Source of the DNA: an uncultured virus (IMG/VR IMGVR_UViG_3300049793_000365)
Taxonomy: Duplodnaviria; Heunggongvirae; Uroviricota; Caudoviricetes
Reading direction: 5' to 3' (one strand)
Length of the DNA: 20,000 bases
IMG/VR virus record: IMGVR_UViG_3300049793_000365
Position 1 is the first letter of the stretch. Each line of letters opens with the position of its first letter. The position numbers were made by a program, and so were the translations under genes. Below, in pieces: positions 8,092 to 17,286 of this stretch. The notes below the pieces were generated by a model. It was given only the letters and a program-made list of their open reading frames with translations, was not told the DNA's origin and made no database searches.

Positions 8092-9516
8092 ATGGCAGGA
8101 ATTAATATAATAGATGGATTTAATGTAAACGCTTCTTCCCCGGTAGATTATAGGATAGTTGCGTCAAATTCTACTGACCGTGATGCTATTTTTTACAAGT
8201 ATGATGGTTTGAAAGTTTTCCAATTAACAGATAGAAGAACATATACTTATAATTCAATAAGTGCTACATGGAGTACTGATATTGTTGGTACTGGTAATAC
8301 ATTAGCCATGTTTGGTGCGAGTGGTTCAAGTCTAATTAACTCAGTAGTAAGTCAATCTGTAAGTGGTGTTAATTCAACTCTAACAGTCAGTGGTGTTAAT
8401 ACAACATTGATGTCAACTGGTACTGTTTCTATAATAGGTTCTGCCGGACTTTTCAATTTAGTAAGTTTGTTTCCTCTTGTTATTACTTATACTAGAGGTG
8501 GTAACGTTAGGTTAATTGGTGGTTCAGCATTTAATGCTAGTTACTCTGGTCATGCTTACGTTTGTGGTGGTGGTCCAAGTGGTAATGTTTATATTGGTTA
8601 TGATGGTGCTTCATTTATTGGTAAAATTGGTATTAAAACATCAACATTTGATGCTGGTATTGATTATCAAATTGCTCCAACGACTGCATTCAATAGCTTC
8701 GTTAGATTTAAACAATATACTGAAACTACTGCTAATGCGTATTTCTATAATAGCACAACAAGTTTAACATCTTCTGCTTATATCAGAAGTACTAATAATT
8801 ATTCTACACATTTGGTTCCTGATTATACATGGTATAACAATGACCAAGTAGGTATATTTCACCCAGCAGCTAATACAATGGGTTTCTCTATTGCTGGTGC
8901 TACTGCGGCTGTAATTAATGCTAATAGACAAATTGAAATAAACAGATCCACTGTTGCTTTACCATCCCTTGCTATTAGCGGAGATTTAAATACTGGTATA
9001 ACCCAACTTACATCTGATGGTGGTGATACATTAGCATTGGTAGTAGGTGGTGCTACTAAAATTAAATTACATACATTTGAATTAAGTGCTACGATACATA
9101 ATACAAGTGGTGCTACTGGTAGTAATTTGAATCCAGCTATTGGTTCTGGTACATATATACCAGTTGTGTCATCTACTGCAAATATAGACGCAACATCAGT
9201 TGGTGCTTTTCAATGGTCTCGTGTTGGTAACGTAGTAACTGTATCTGGTCAAGTCGATATTACACCGACTGCTACATCTACAACAACATCACTTTTATTA
9301 AGTTTACCAGTTGGGTCAGCAATGGCATCATTTGGTAGATTAGCTGGATGTGCTACATCAATAGATGCTTTCACAACTGCTCCGACAAACATTGCGGCTG
9401 CTGTATATGCTGAAACAAGCAAGGCTAGAGTAAAATTTAGTTCTACTACAACTACTATGTGGTCTTGGTTTGTACACTACACATATTGCGTAGTTGATGA
9501 AAGCTTATTATTCTAA
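8092..9516 (+). CDS. Putative tail fibre / receptor-binding-like structural protein
   Basis: 474 aa, S/T/G/A-rich; repeated P.......D..(V/T)GI segments (PDYTWYNNDQVGIFHP, PSLAISGDLNTGITQ); C-terminal WSRVGNVVTV...LSLPV beta-sandwich pattern typical of fibre tips. Confidence 0.7.
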   Translation: MAGINIIDGFNVNASSPVDYRIVASNSTDRDAIFYKYDGLKVFQLTDRRTYTYNSISATWSTDIVGTGNTLAMFGASGSSLINSVVSQSVSGVNSTLTVSGVNTTLMSTGTVSIIGSAGLFNLVSLFPLVITYTRGGNVRLIGGSAFNASYSGHAYVCGGGPSGNVYIGYDGASFIGKIGIKTSTFDAGIDYQIAPTTAFNSFVRFKQYTETTANAYFYNSTTSLTSSAYIRSTNNYSTHLVPDYTWYNNDQVGIFHPAANTMGFSIAGATAAVINANRQIEINRSTVALPSLAISGDLNTGITQLTSDGGDTLALVVGGATKIKLHTFELSATIHNTSGATGSNLNPAIGSGTYIPVVSSTANIDATSVGAFQWSRVGNVVTVSGQVDITPTATSTTTSLLLSLPVGSAMASFGRLAGCATSIDAFTTAPTNIAAAVYAETSKARVKFSSTTTTMWSWFVHYTYCVVDESLLF

Positions 9517-10200
9517 TTAATCGTCGATTTTTTCAAACCACCAATTGAAGTAAATCCAATTGCTACCAACTAACTGATAATATTTATTAGAGATTGAAAA
9601 TACGATTCTATTATCGAAAGCTCTTTCGAGTTTAATAGCCGTACCACTACTTAGAATTTTCTCTTCACCTGTATTTATGTCTATGGCAATAATCTCTTTC
9701 AGAGAACGCCATTCACCTGCTACTGGTGTTAAGAATTTTTTAATAGTTTTTAGAATAATTCCTTTGGTTCTGATTATCCATTCCTTTGTAATATGAAGAT
9801 TGTTTTGGTCTTTGAATACTTCACTTGTCAATGATGCGTCTCTTGTTGTGATATTTCTAATAACACCCCAATAGTCATTCTCATCAATTATAAATTCTAT
9901 GTAAACATCCCAATCACCAGCATTATTTGGTAATATTCTTAATATTTTAAGCGCAGAAATTTCTTGTCTATCTGACATCATAGCTTTTCGTAAAGCCGCC
10001 CATGATTGTGTGTTCATAACACCACCCATAATTGAATTAAGTCTTGCGTTAGCTTGTCTAATTAAATCTTGATGCTTATCAAAAGCATCCGCTGATAGTT
10101 GTGCATCATCTACATGAGTAGAAGCTTGAACTGAATCGGAATTCATTCTTTGGTTGTTAAACTCAGTAAATTCGAGTATCAGATTAGGTTTGCGTTTCAT
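9517..10200 (-). CDS. Hypothetical protein, putative late/virion protein with N-terminal motif variant (MKRKPNLILEFTEFN)
   Basis: 227-aa ORF; TAATATATA 8 nt upstream on the minus strand. Confidence 0.75.
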   Translation of the reverse strand: MKRKPNLILEFTEFNNQRMNSDSVQASTHVDDAQLSADAFDKHQDLIRQANARLNSIMGGVMNTQSWAALRKAMMSDRQEISALKILRILPNNAGDWDVYIEFIIDENDYWGVIRNITTRDASLTSEVFKDQNNLHITKEWIIRTKGIILKTIKKFLTPVAGEWRSLKEIIAIDINTGEEKILSSGTAIKLERAFDNRIVFSISNKYYQLVGSNWIYFNWWFEKIDD

Positions 10201-10203
10201 AGG

Positions 10204-10219
10204 TTTAATATATATTAAA
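10204..10219. promoter_or_regulatory. Perfect 16-bp palindrome TTTAATATATATTAAA carrying TAATATATA on both strands (bidirectional element)
   Basis: Occupies most of the 20-bp gap between divergent ATGs at 10200 (-) and 10221 (+). Confidence 0.75.
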
Positions 10220-10220
10220 T

Positions 10221-11027
10221 ATGCTCAAGCGATATTTCGACTTTATAAATGAATCTTTAATCACTGGTGAATTACCACGCGATTATGAGTTGGATTTAGA
10301 CTTCATAAAACATTCATTTGAAGATTTTGAGATAAAAGTTAGAATTATGGATGATTCATACCATGATAATGAAGGTAGATTAGTACACGAAGGTGATAAA
10401 AAGTATATAGACCGAACGGATGTATATGTAACGAAAGACATATTCATAGATGGTGCTGATATAAATAGAGATGAAGTTAAATCAATTGTCGTAAAGCTAC
10501 TTAGAAGATTAGAAATAGATGGATATAGAGTAAATAGATTTAATGGGACTATTGGTGGTGATACGATAAACTACATAAGATTGGTTATCTATCCAAAAGT
10601 AACTCCAGTAAAAGAAGCAATTGAAGTACCGAGTATTACACCCATTAAAGGGGAATTGCCAACTACTGAATATTTACGTGCCTTAACTACTGAAATAGAA
10701 GATGAAGGTGTGTATGTTAATTTCTCTAATCCAATACATTCTTCTGATGGTATGACTGTTGATTTGAATAGAGTTAATAGGTTACTAATGAATGGTGAGT
10801 ATGCTGGTACGCAGAAGAGAGACATTTTATCTCGTAAATACTACTTGTGTTATAATGTTATGTTTTCAGTTGATTCACCAGAGGATATTAATTCATATAA
10901 TACATACATTAATAAAATTATTAAAAAGCTTGAACATGATGGCTTTAAATGTGCGTTTTATAATGATTTGGGTAGTGGTATTAAGGATTTATTGAAGACA
11001 GTTATAATTTACCCGAAAGTAAAATAA
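10221..11027 (+). CDS. Hypothetical protein with N-terminal MLKRYFDFINES motif and an internal two-domain duplication
   Basis: 268 aa; KLLRRLEIDGY...LVIYPKV repeated as KIIKKLEHDGF...VIIYPKV. Confidence 0.75.
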   Translation: MLKRYFDFINESLITGELPRDYELDLDFIKHSFEDFEIKVRIMDDSYHDNEGRLVHEGDKKYIDRTDVYVTKDIFIDGADINRDEVKSIVVKLLRRLEIDGYRVNRFNGTIGGDTINYIRLVIYPKVTPVKEAIEVPSITPIKGELPTTEYLRALTTEIEDEGVYVNFSNPIHSSDGMTVDLNRVNRLLMNGEYAGTQKRDILSRKYYLCYNVMFSVDSPEDINSYNTYINKIIKKLEHDGFKCAFYNDLGSGIKDLLKTVIIYPKVK

Positions 11028-11033
11028 TATATA
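11025..11033 (+). promoter_or_regulatory. Putative late promoter TAATATATA overlapping the upstream stop codon
   Basis: 4 nt before ATG 11038. Confidence 0.6.
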
Positions 11034-11037
11034 AGAT

Positions 11038-11364
11038 ATGAAAAACATCAAGAAATTTAAAACATTCGAATCATCTGCCGCTGAGATAGATCCAACAAGG
11101 GTAAACGAAATAATGGATGACCTAACGGCTGCTATTTCAGACTTATCTAAGTATCGCGACAAGTTTATTAACTACTCAAAGGAGTTATCTAACTTCCAAA
11201 ACAAGTCAGATGAGAAGGGTAATGACCAAATTGATGACGCTGTATTAAATTTAGCAGAATCACATGATGATGTTGATGCATTAATAGCGAAAATTGATAA
11301 TATCAATACTGTTCTAAGAGATTATTTAGATAATGGTAGACAATATTTATATACCGGAAAATGA
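11038..11364 (+). CDS. Helical/coiled-coil protein with N-terminal MKNIKKFKTFES motif
   Basis: 108-aa ORF; heptad-like pattern; shared N-terminal motif. Confidence 0.75.
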   Translation: MKNIKKFKTFESSAAEIDPTRVNEIMDDLTAAISDLSKYRDKFINYSKELSNFQNKSDEKGNDQIDDAVLNLAESHDDVDALIAKIDNINTVLRDYLDNGRQYLYTGK

Positions 11365-12653
11365 GATTAAAACGATATCACAATTTTAAATTAAATGAGG
11401 CATTGGATGAGAAGTACATCACAGAAGATGAACTTGAATATGCATTGCAGGGAATTAGAGATATCGATGATGATATAACTGACGTTGATGTTTCTTTTAA
11501 ATTAATAAAAGAATTAGATGGTGTTCAGAAAGATTCACAATACGTTATGAATTTTCCTGGTCATCAGGATAAAGAAACAGAATTGAAGTATGACTTCTAT
11601 GATTCGGTTGTACCAGGTACAGAAGGTTATATAGCATATGAAGTTACTATAACATACGATTATATTTCAAAAAGTAAACCATCCGACACTTTCATAATTA
11701 GTGATGATGACTTTGATTTATCTGAGGAAATGGAATCTGAGGTTAATCGTTTTATAAAAAGAGTTAGAGCTGATTTTAAAGTTAATTTACTTGATTGGTA
11801 TATAAAAGACACGAGTAATTTATCTAGTGATATTCATCCAGTAATAACAGTATATTTCTATAAGCCTTTTCAGATTAAAATTACAGTAGAAGATTTTGTT
11901 AAATTCTATGACATAACTAATTATGTAGTTGAGAATAATAAACTATACATGGATGTATTATTATCAGATGTAGTTCCTGTTTTTATTAAAGATGATAAGC
12001 AAGAAGAGTGGTTATGTAAACGAGTTATTGATGATGATTATTTTTGGGATTACACTACCAGCGCGAGTGATGTTGAATATGCTTTGAATAAAGAACACAC
12101 TGAAATGTTGATTAAGTATTTCGCTGATACATACTTTGATGGTAGTATTGAAGCACTGAACGAAGAGTTTGATAGCGACTTTGAAAAAATGCTTGAGGAA
12201 TATAGTTCAAGTGGGGATTCTAATGTAGAAGTATTATTTGATACGTATAGGAATATGTATTGTGATTCGTTACAAAATAAACATACCGAAGAATTAGAAA
12301 CTGAATTTTTTAGATACATTGAAAAGAATTATAGCTTAAACGGTAGAATTATTGAAAAGGATATCGAACAAACTATTGAGGTTAAATATAAAACCAAGGA
12401 TGATAATGGTAAACTTATCGACAAATGGCATAAAGAAACAGTTTATACAGACAAATATAGATTTGAATTTGATTTTGATTCACTTAAATATTATGATATG
12501 GATAGAATAAAGGGTGATGGTCTAAGCCTATGGGAAGTATGGCGCGAAGCAAACGACCCAGAAAGAACTACATTAGAACCTTATTACTCAGACCACGGTG
12601 ATGTAAACTATCCTGACTTTAACACAGAGATTGCATACATTTTTAAAGAATAG
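11361..12653 (+). CDS. Large acidic protein with N-terminal MRLKRYHNFKLNEA motif
   Basis: 430-aa D/E-rich ORF; ATGA overlap with the previous gene. Confidence 0.75.
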   Translation: MRLKRYHNFKLNEALDEKYITEDELEYALQGIRDIDDDITDVDVSFKLIKELDGVQKDSQYVMNFPGHQDKETELKYDFYDSVVPGTEGYIAYEVTITYDYISKSKPSDTFIISDDDFDLSEEMESEVNRFIKRVRADFKVNLLDWYIKDTSNLSSDIHPVITVYFYKPFQIKITVEDFVKFYDITNYVVENNKLYMDVLLSDVVPVFIKDDKQEEWLCKRVIDDDYFWDYTTSASDVEYALNKEHTEMLIKYFADTYFDGSIEALNEEFDSDFEKMLEEYSSSGDSNVEVLFDTYRNMYCDSLQNKHTEELETEFFRYIEKNYSLNGRIIEKDIEQTIEVKYKTKDDNGKLIDKWHKETVYTDKYRFEFDFDSLKYYDMDRIKGDGLSLWEVWREANDPERTTLEPYYSDHGDVNYPDFNTEIAYIFKE

Positions 12654-12706
12654 GTATAAACTATTTATCATCGGCTAATATAAATTGAAAATAAAATTTA
12701 GCCGAA

Positions 12707-14635
12707 ATGAGTCTACTAGAAAAAATTAAGAAAAACTGGTCTGAAGGTCACAAAGATATGACTATTCAGGAGTACCTTGAGCTTTGTAAAAAAGATAAGG
12801 ATATATATGCTTCTCCCGCAGAGAGAATGTTACGTACAATTGGGGAACCAGAACTAATTGATACCAAAAGTGATCCAAGACTGAGCCGAATTTTCTCAAA
12901 TAAGCTCATTAAACGCTACCCAGCATTTGCTGAATTTTATGGAATGGAAGATACAATCGAACAAATCGTATCTTTCTTCAAACACGCATCACAGGGCTTA
13001 GAAGAAAAGAAACAAATTCTTTATTTACTAGGACCAGTAGGTGGTGGTAAGTCATCATTAGCTGAGAAGTTGAAACAGTTAATGGCTGATTCACATTTAT
13101 ACGCACTTGTAGGTGAAGATGGTGAAGTTTCTCCAATTTGGGAATCACCGCTTGGTCTATTTTCAGATTATAGAGAATTATTATTAGAAGAATACGGAAT
13201 CGAAAAACGTTATATCCCATCTTGTCCATCTCCTTGGGCGGTTAAAAGATTAAAAGAATATAATGGCGACCTTACTAAGTTCAAAGTTAGAAAACTTAAA
13301 TCTTCAATCCAAGAACAAATTGGTATTGCTAAGACAGAACCAGGTGATGATAACAATCAGGATATATCAGCATTAGTTGGTAAGATTGATGTTAGAAAAC
13401 TTGGTCAGTTTGCTCAGAACGACCCGGATGCTTATAACTTCTCTGGTGCTTTATGTAAAGCAAACCAAGGTGTTATGGAATTCGTAGAGATGTTCAAGGC
13501 ACCTATAAAAATGTTACACCCGTTGTTAACAGCAACACAAGAAGGTAACTATAATGGTACAGAAGCATTATCAGCTATTCCATTTCAAGGAATTATCTTA
13601 GCTCACTCAAATGAATCAGAGTGGGAATCATTTTCAAATGATAAAAAGAACGAAGCCTTTTTAGACAGGGTTTACATCGTTCGCGTTCCATATTGCTTAC
13701 GCTTAACAGAAGAGGTAGAAATTTACAAAAAGTTATTACGTAGTTCTTCATTAGGCAACGCGGCTTGCGCTCCACAGACACTTGATTTGTTGGCACAGTT
13801 CACAGTAATGACTCGTTTAAAAAGACCGGAGAACTCATTATTATCATCTAAGATGAGAGTTTACAATGGTGAGTCATTAAAAGAAACGGATCCTCAAGCT
13901 AAATCATTACAAGAATATCGTGATGATGGTGGTATCACTGAGGGTATGAATGGTATTTCTACACGTTTTGCTTTCAAAGTATTATCTAAAGTTTTCAACT
14001 ACGATAATGAAGAGATAGCAGCTAATCCAATACATTTAATGTATGTACTTGAACAAGAAATTATCAAGTTACAATTAAATAAGGATCTTGAAGATTACTA
14101 CATCGCAATTCTTAAAGATAACATCAAGACAAAATATGCTGAGTTCATCGGTGAAGAAATTCAAAAAGCATACGTTGATTCATACCAAGAGTATGGTCAG
14201 AATATGTTCGAGAAATACTTCTTATACGCTGACCACTGGTGTCGTGACGAAGATTACCGCGATGGTAATACAGGTGAAACATTTGACCGTCAGGTTTTAA
14301 ATGCTGAACTTGAAAAGGTTGAAAAGTCTGCTGGTATTTCTAATCCTAAGGATTTCAGAAATGATATCACTCAGTTTGTTTGGAGAACAAAAGCTTCTAA
14401 CAATGGTAAAATGCCACGTTGGGATGCTTATGAGAAAATTAGAAATGTAATTGAGAAAAGATTATTTTCTAAAACAGAAGATATTATTCCTGTTATCTCT
14501 TTCGCTACAAAATCTTCTAAGGATGAAGAAAAGAAACACGCTGATTTCATAAATCGCATGGAAGAAAGAGGATATACTCGTAAACAAATTCAACTTGTTG
14601 TTGAGTGGTATTTAAGAGTTAGAAAAAATTCATAA
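12707..14635 (+). CDS. yeaG: PrkA/YeaG family AAA+ ATPase (annotated Ser/Thr kinase)
   Basis: EFYGMEDTIEQIV, LEEKKQILYLLGPVGGGKSS (Walker A), KTEPGDDNNQDISALVGK, ANQGVMEFVEMFK, ILAHSNESEW, EAFLDR, VPYCL, GISTRF. Confidence 0.96.
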   Translation: MSLLEKIKKNWSEGHKDMTIQEYLELCKKDKDIYASPAERMLRTIGEPELIDTKSDPRLSRIFSNKLIKRYPAFAEFYGMEDTIEQIVSFFKHASQGLEEKKQILYLLGPVGGGKSSLAEKLKQLMADSHLYALVGEDGEVSPIWESPLGLFSDYRELLLEEYGIEKRYIPSCPSPWAVKRLKEYNGDLTKFKVRKLKSSIQEQIGIAKTEPGDDNNQDISALVGKIDVRKLGQFAQNDPDAYNFSGALCKANQGVMEFVEMFKAPIKMLHPLLTATQEGNYNGTEALSAIPFQGIILAHSNESEWESFSNDKKNEAFLDRVYIVRVPYCLRLTEEVEIYKKLLRSSSLGNAACAPQTLDLLAQFTVMTRLKRPENSLLSSKMRVYNGESLKETDPQAKSLQEYRDDGGITEGMNGISTRFAFKVLSKVFNYDNEEIAANPIHLMYVLEQEIIKLQLNKDLEDYYIAILKDNIKTKYAEFIGEEIQKAYVDSYQEYGQNMFEKYFLYADHWCRDEDYRDGNTGETFDRQVLNAELEKVEKSAGISNPKDFRNDITQFVWRTKASNNGKMPRWDAYEKIRNVIEKRLFSKTEDIIPVISFATKSSKDEEKKHADFINRMEERGYTRKQIQLVVEWYLRVRKNS

Positions 14636-14642
14636 TAATATA

Positions 14643-15032
14643 ATGGGTGAGATTCGTAAATCAGATATTGTAAATGGTGATGTAGCTAAGTATGCTGATT
14701 ACATAACCGATGCCGCTAATAACGCTCTTCAATATTGTGACTATTTGGTACATATTAATTTAAGTGTTAAGGACTTTATCGTAAAATATCACGATAAGGC
14801 AATGAGTGAGACTATAAGAACGATGTCACCAACTGAACTCGAAGAATATGCCGCTTTATTAAATGATATGATAACATTTCAAGAGATTACTGCCGGTAAG
14901 TTGGATAAACTTATCGGTACTCTTGATAAAGATTTATATAATGATTTTAGAGAAGCATATATGGATGAACAATCAGCTCTTAAGAAATACAAAAGAGATG
15001 TTAAAATTAACAAACTAACGGATGGCGACTAA
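14643..15032 (+). CDS. Hypothetical protein inserted between yeaG and yeaH, with C-terminal motif (KRDVKINKLTDGD*)
   Basis: 129-aa ORF; YADYI/YCDYL repeat at 14-residue spacing. Confidence 0.75.
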   Translation: MGEIRKSDIVNGDVAKYADYITDAANNALQYCDYLVHINLSVKDFIVKYHDKAMSETIRTMSPTELEEYAALLNDMITFQEITAGKLDKLIGTLDKDLYNDFREAYMDEQSALKKYKRDVKINKLTDGD

Positions 15033-16290
15033 TATAGTAGATAGAAGAAAAAATCCATCGGGTAAATCGGTTCCTAATCGTCAAAAATTCTTGAAAAGAA
15101 TTGAAGACCAAATAAAGAAAGCTATACCAAATATTGTTGATTCAAATTCAATAGATGAGATAACTAAGGGTAAGGGTAGCATTAAAATTCCAGTTAAGGG
15201 TATCTCTGAGCCGGAATTTGGCTATGACCATTCAAGTGGTGATAAGAAATATGTACATCCCGGTAATAAGAAATATAGTGAAGGAGATAAGATAAAGAAA
15301 CCACAAGGTGGTCAAGGTAAGGGTGGTCGTCAAGGCTCACGCGATGCTGGTGCGACAGAAGATGAGTTTACGGTATCTATATCACGAGATGAGTTTCTTG
15401 ATTTCTTTTTTAAAGATTTAGAATTACCAGATATGGTAAGAAAGCAGTTGACTAAAGTAGTTGATTGGAAACAAAAGAGAGCAGGGTACACCACTGTTGG
15501 TAATCCGTCTCGATTGAATATTGTTAAATCCTATACCAAGTCATTGACGAGGCGCATAGCTATGTGTTCTTATTATGACTCTGAAATTAAAAGAATAGAA
15601 GATAAATTAAAAACAAAAGGTTTATCAAGCGATGAGATATTAAAGTTAGAACAACAGTTAGAAGACTTTAAAAGATTGAAGTTGGCTATTCCATTTATGG
15701 ATGACATTGACTTACGTTACAATAACTTTGATAAATTTCCTGTTCCAAGTACACAAGCAGTAATGTTTTGTATAATGGATGTATCTGGTTCAATGGGTCA
15801 AAACGAAAAGGATATAGCTAAAAGATTTTTCTTATTGTTGTATATGTTCTTGATGAAAGAATATGAAAAGATAGAGATAGTTTATATTAGACATCACACA
15901 GAAGCAAAGGAAGTATCTGAACAAGAATTCTTTGATTCGAGAGAGTCGGGTGGTACCGAAGTATTACCAGCCTTAGAAATGATGAATAATATTATCAACG
16001 AAAGATATAGTGGTGGTTGGAATATTTACGCATCTCAAATTTCTGATGGTGATGTATGGGGTAGACAAGATGCTGATGATTGTGCTAAATTCCTTAATTC
16101 GGAAGTACTTAAGAAAGTACAGTACATGATTTATGTAGAAGTTTGTAGAGAGAGTATGGGAGATTTATGGATGACATACTCCGATGTTAAGGGTAAAAAT
16201 TCAAACTTTGAAATGGGTAAAATTAATAAGGTTAATGAAATATGGCAAGTCTTCCAAGACTTCTTTAGAAAAAAAGTAACTACCAAGTGA
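15022..16290 (+). CDS. yeaH: YeaH/YhbH (DUF444) family vWA-domain protein
   Basis: IVDRR.NP.GKS..NRQKFL, HPGNKKY..GD, G-rich linker, DLELP, PFMDDIDLRY, AVMFCIMDVSGSM (MIDAS), IRHHTEAKEV, ESGGT, WNIY..Q.SDGD. Confidence 0.95.
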   Translation: MATNIVDRRKNPSGKSVPNRQKFLKRIEDQIKKAIPNIVDSNSIDEITKGKGSIKIPVKGISEPEFGYDHSSGDKKYVHPGNKKYSEGDKIKKPQGGQGKGGRQGSRDAGATEDEFTVSISRDEFLDFFFKDLELPDMVRKQLTKVVDWKQKRAGYTTVGNPSRLNIVKSYTKSLTRRIAMCSYYDSEIKRIEDKLKTKGLSSDEILKLEQQLEDFKRLKLAIPFMDDIDLRYNNFDKFPVPSTQAVMFCIMDVSGSMGQNEKDIAKRFFLLLYMFLMKEYEKIEIVYIRHHTEAKEVSEQEFFDSRESGGTEVLPALEMMNNIINERYSGGWNIYASQISDGDVWGRQDADDCAKFLNSEVLKKVQYMIYVEVCRESMGDLWMTYSDVKGKNSNFEMGKINKVNEIWQVFQDFFRKKVTTK

Positions 16291-16610
16291 TGGCTATGAC
16301 ACCCTTTTATATAAGACCAAATCCTGGTTACAGTTATGATCCATGTGAATCAGATAGATATGAGTTCACTCAAGCTATTAAAAAACTTGGATTTGAATTA
16401 ACTAATCCGGAAGTGGATCTTATGAATTTTACATCAGAATGTACGGCGTTATATGTTACTGAGAATAACTTCGATGCTATATTGGTTGAGAAGAATAAGT
16501 ACACTTATATAAATATAGGTAGTAAACGCATAGAGAGTGGTGAATTTAAAAATAGCAGAATATTTTTAAGAGATTTAAAGTTGAAGAAATTAATAAATGA
16601 GCAAGCTTGA
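16287..16610 (+). CDS. Hypothetical protein with C-terminal motif (LRDLKLKKLINEQA*)
   Basis: 107-aa ORF (GTG 16287 or ATG 16290) coupled to the yeaH stop. Confidence 0.7.
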   Translation: MMAMTPFYIRPNPGYSYDPCESDRYEFTQAIKKLGFELTNPEVDLMNFTSECTALYVTENNFDAILVEKNKYTYINIGSKRIESGEFKNSRIFLRDLKLKKLINEQA

Positions 16611-16800
16611 TTTACATGGGGTTAGACACATTGATGTGGATGAGTTGGTTGAAGATTTTATATTAACCAATGAATTACCACTCTATATCATAACTGGTAA
16701 CTCACACGTAATGAAAGATAAAGTTATACGCTTATTGGATAAACATAATTTTAAATATGTAATTCGAGCGCATAATTTAGGAGAAATAGTTGTATTATAA
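16597..16800 (+). CDS. Stand-alone Smr (small MutS-related) domain protein
   Basis: LDLHGV...YIITGNS..MKDKV...L...NLGEIVV; 67 aa. Confidence 0.85.
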   Translation: MSKLDLHGVRHIDVDELVEDFILTNELPLYIITGNSHVMKDKVIRLLDKHNFKYVIRAHNLGEIVVL

Positions 16801-17042
16801 TGGCAAATATACCAGGTAGTATTTTAGTAACAGGATTAGCAGCACCATCTGATAATATAATGATGTGTGACTCAACGGGTAATATATCTTGGGGTAGACC
16901 AAGTAATAACTTACTAATGCGTGATGAGATTACGGGTGAGATATATGAATTGATTGTAAGCAACGGTAAATTAGATATAAGAGCTACTTCTAAGCAAGGC
17001 ATTAGACAACAAAAGATTGATAAAATAGTAGAAGATGAGTAA
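16800..17042 (+). CDS. Small protein with fibre-like segments and C-terminal motif (IRQQKIDKIVEDE*)
   Basis: 80-aa ORF; MMCDSTGNISWGRP resembles LTTDIAGNAFWASP in the 478-aa structural-like protein. Confidence 0.7.
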   Translation: MANIPGSILVTGLAAPSDNIMMCDSTGNISWGRPSNNLLMRDEITGEIYELIVSNGKLDIRATSKQGIRQQKIDKIVEDE

Positions 17043-17286
17043 GAGTGGTTACCATTTAGCTAAAATTCAGAAAGGTAAATTGGGCGAAATCTCAAAGATA
17101 CAAGAAGAATTAGATGAGCTTAAAGATGCTGAGTTACAGGAGTCAAAGGTAATGATTTCAGTAGAGTTATCTGATTTATATGGCGCACTAGAAGCTTACG
17201 CAATTAAACAAGGTTTAACAATGGATGATTTGAAAAAGTTTTCCATAATAACAAAAAGAGCATTCACAAATGGCAAAAGGAAATGA
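17035..17286 (+). CDS. MazG-like (all-alpha NTP pyrophosphatase) protein
   Basis: KIQEELDELKDA...VELSDL matches the EExxE...ExxD metal-binding pattern. Confidence 0.7.
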   Translation: MSKSGYHLAKIQKGKLGEISKIQEELDELKDAELQESKVMISVELSDLYGALEAYAIKQGLTMDDLKKFSIITKRAFTNGKRK

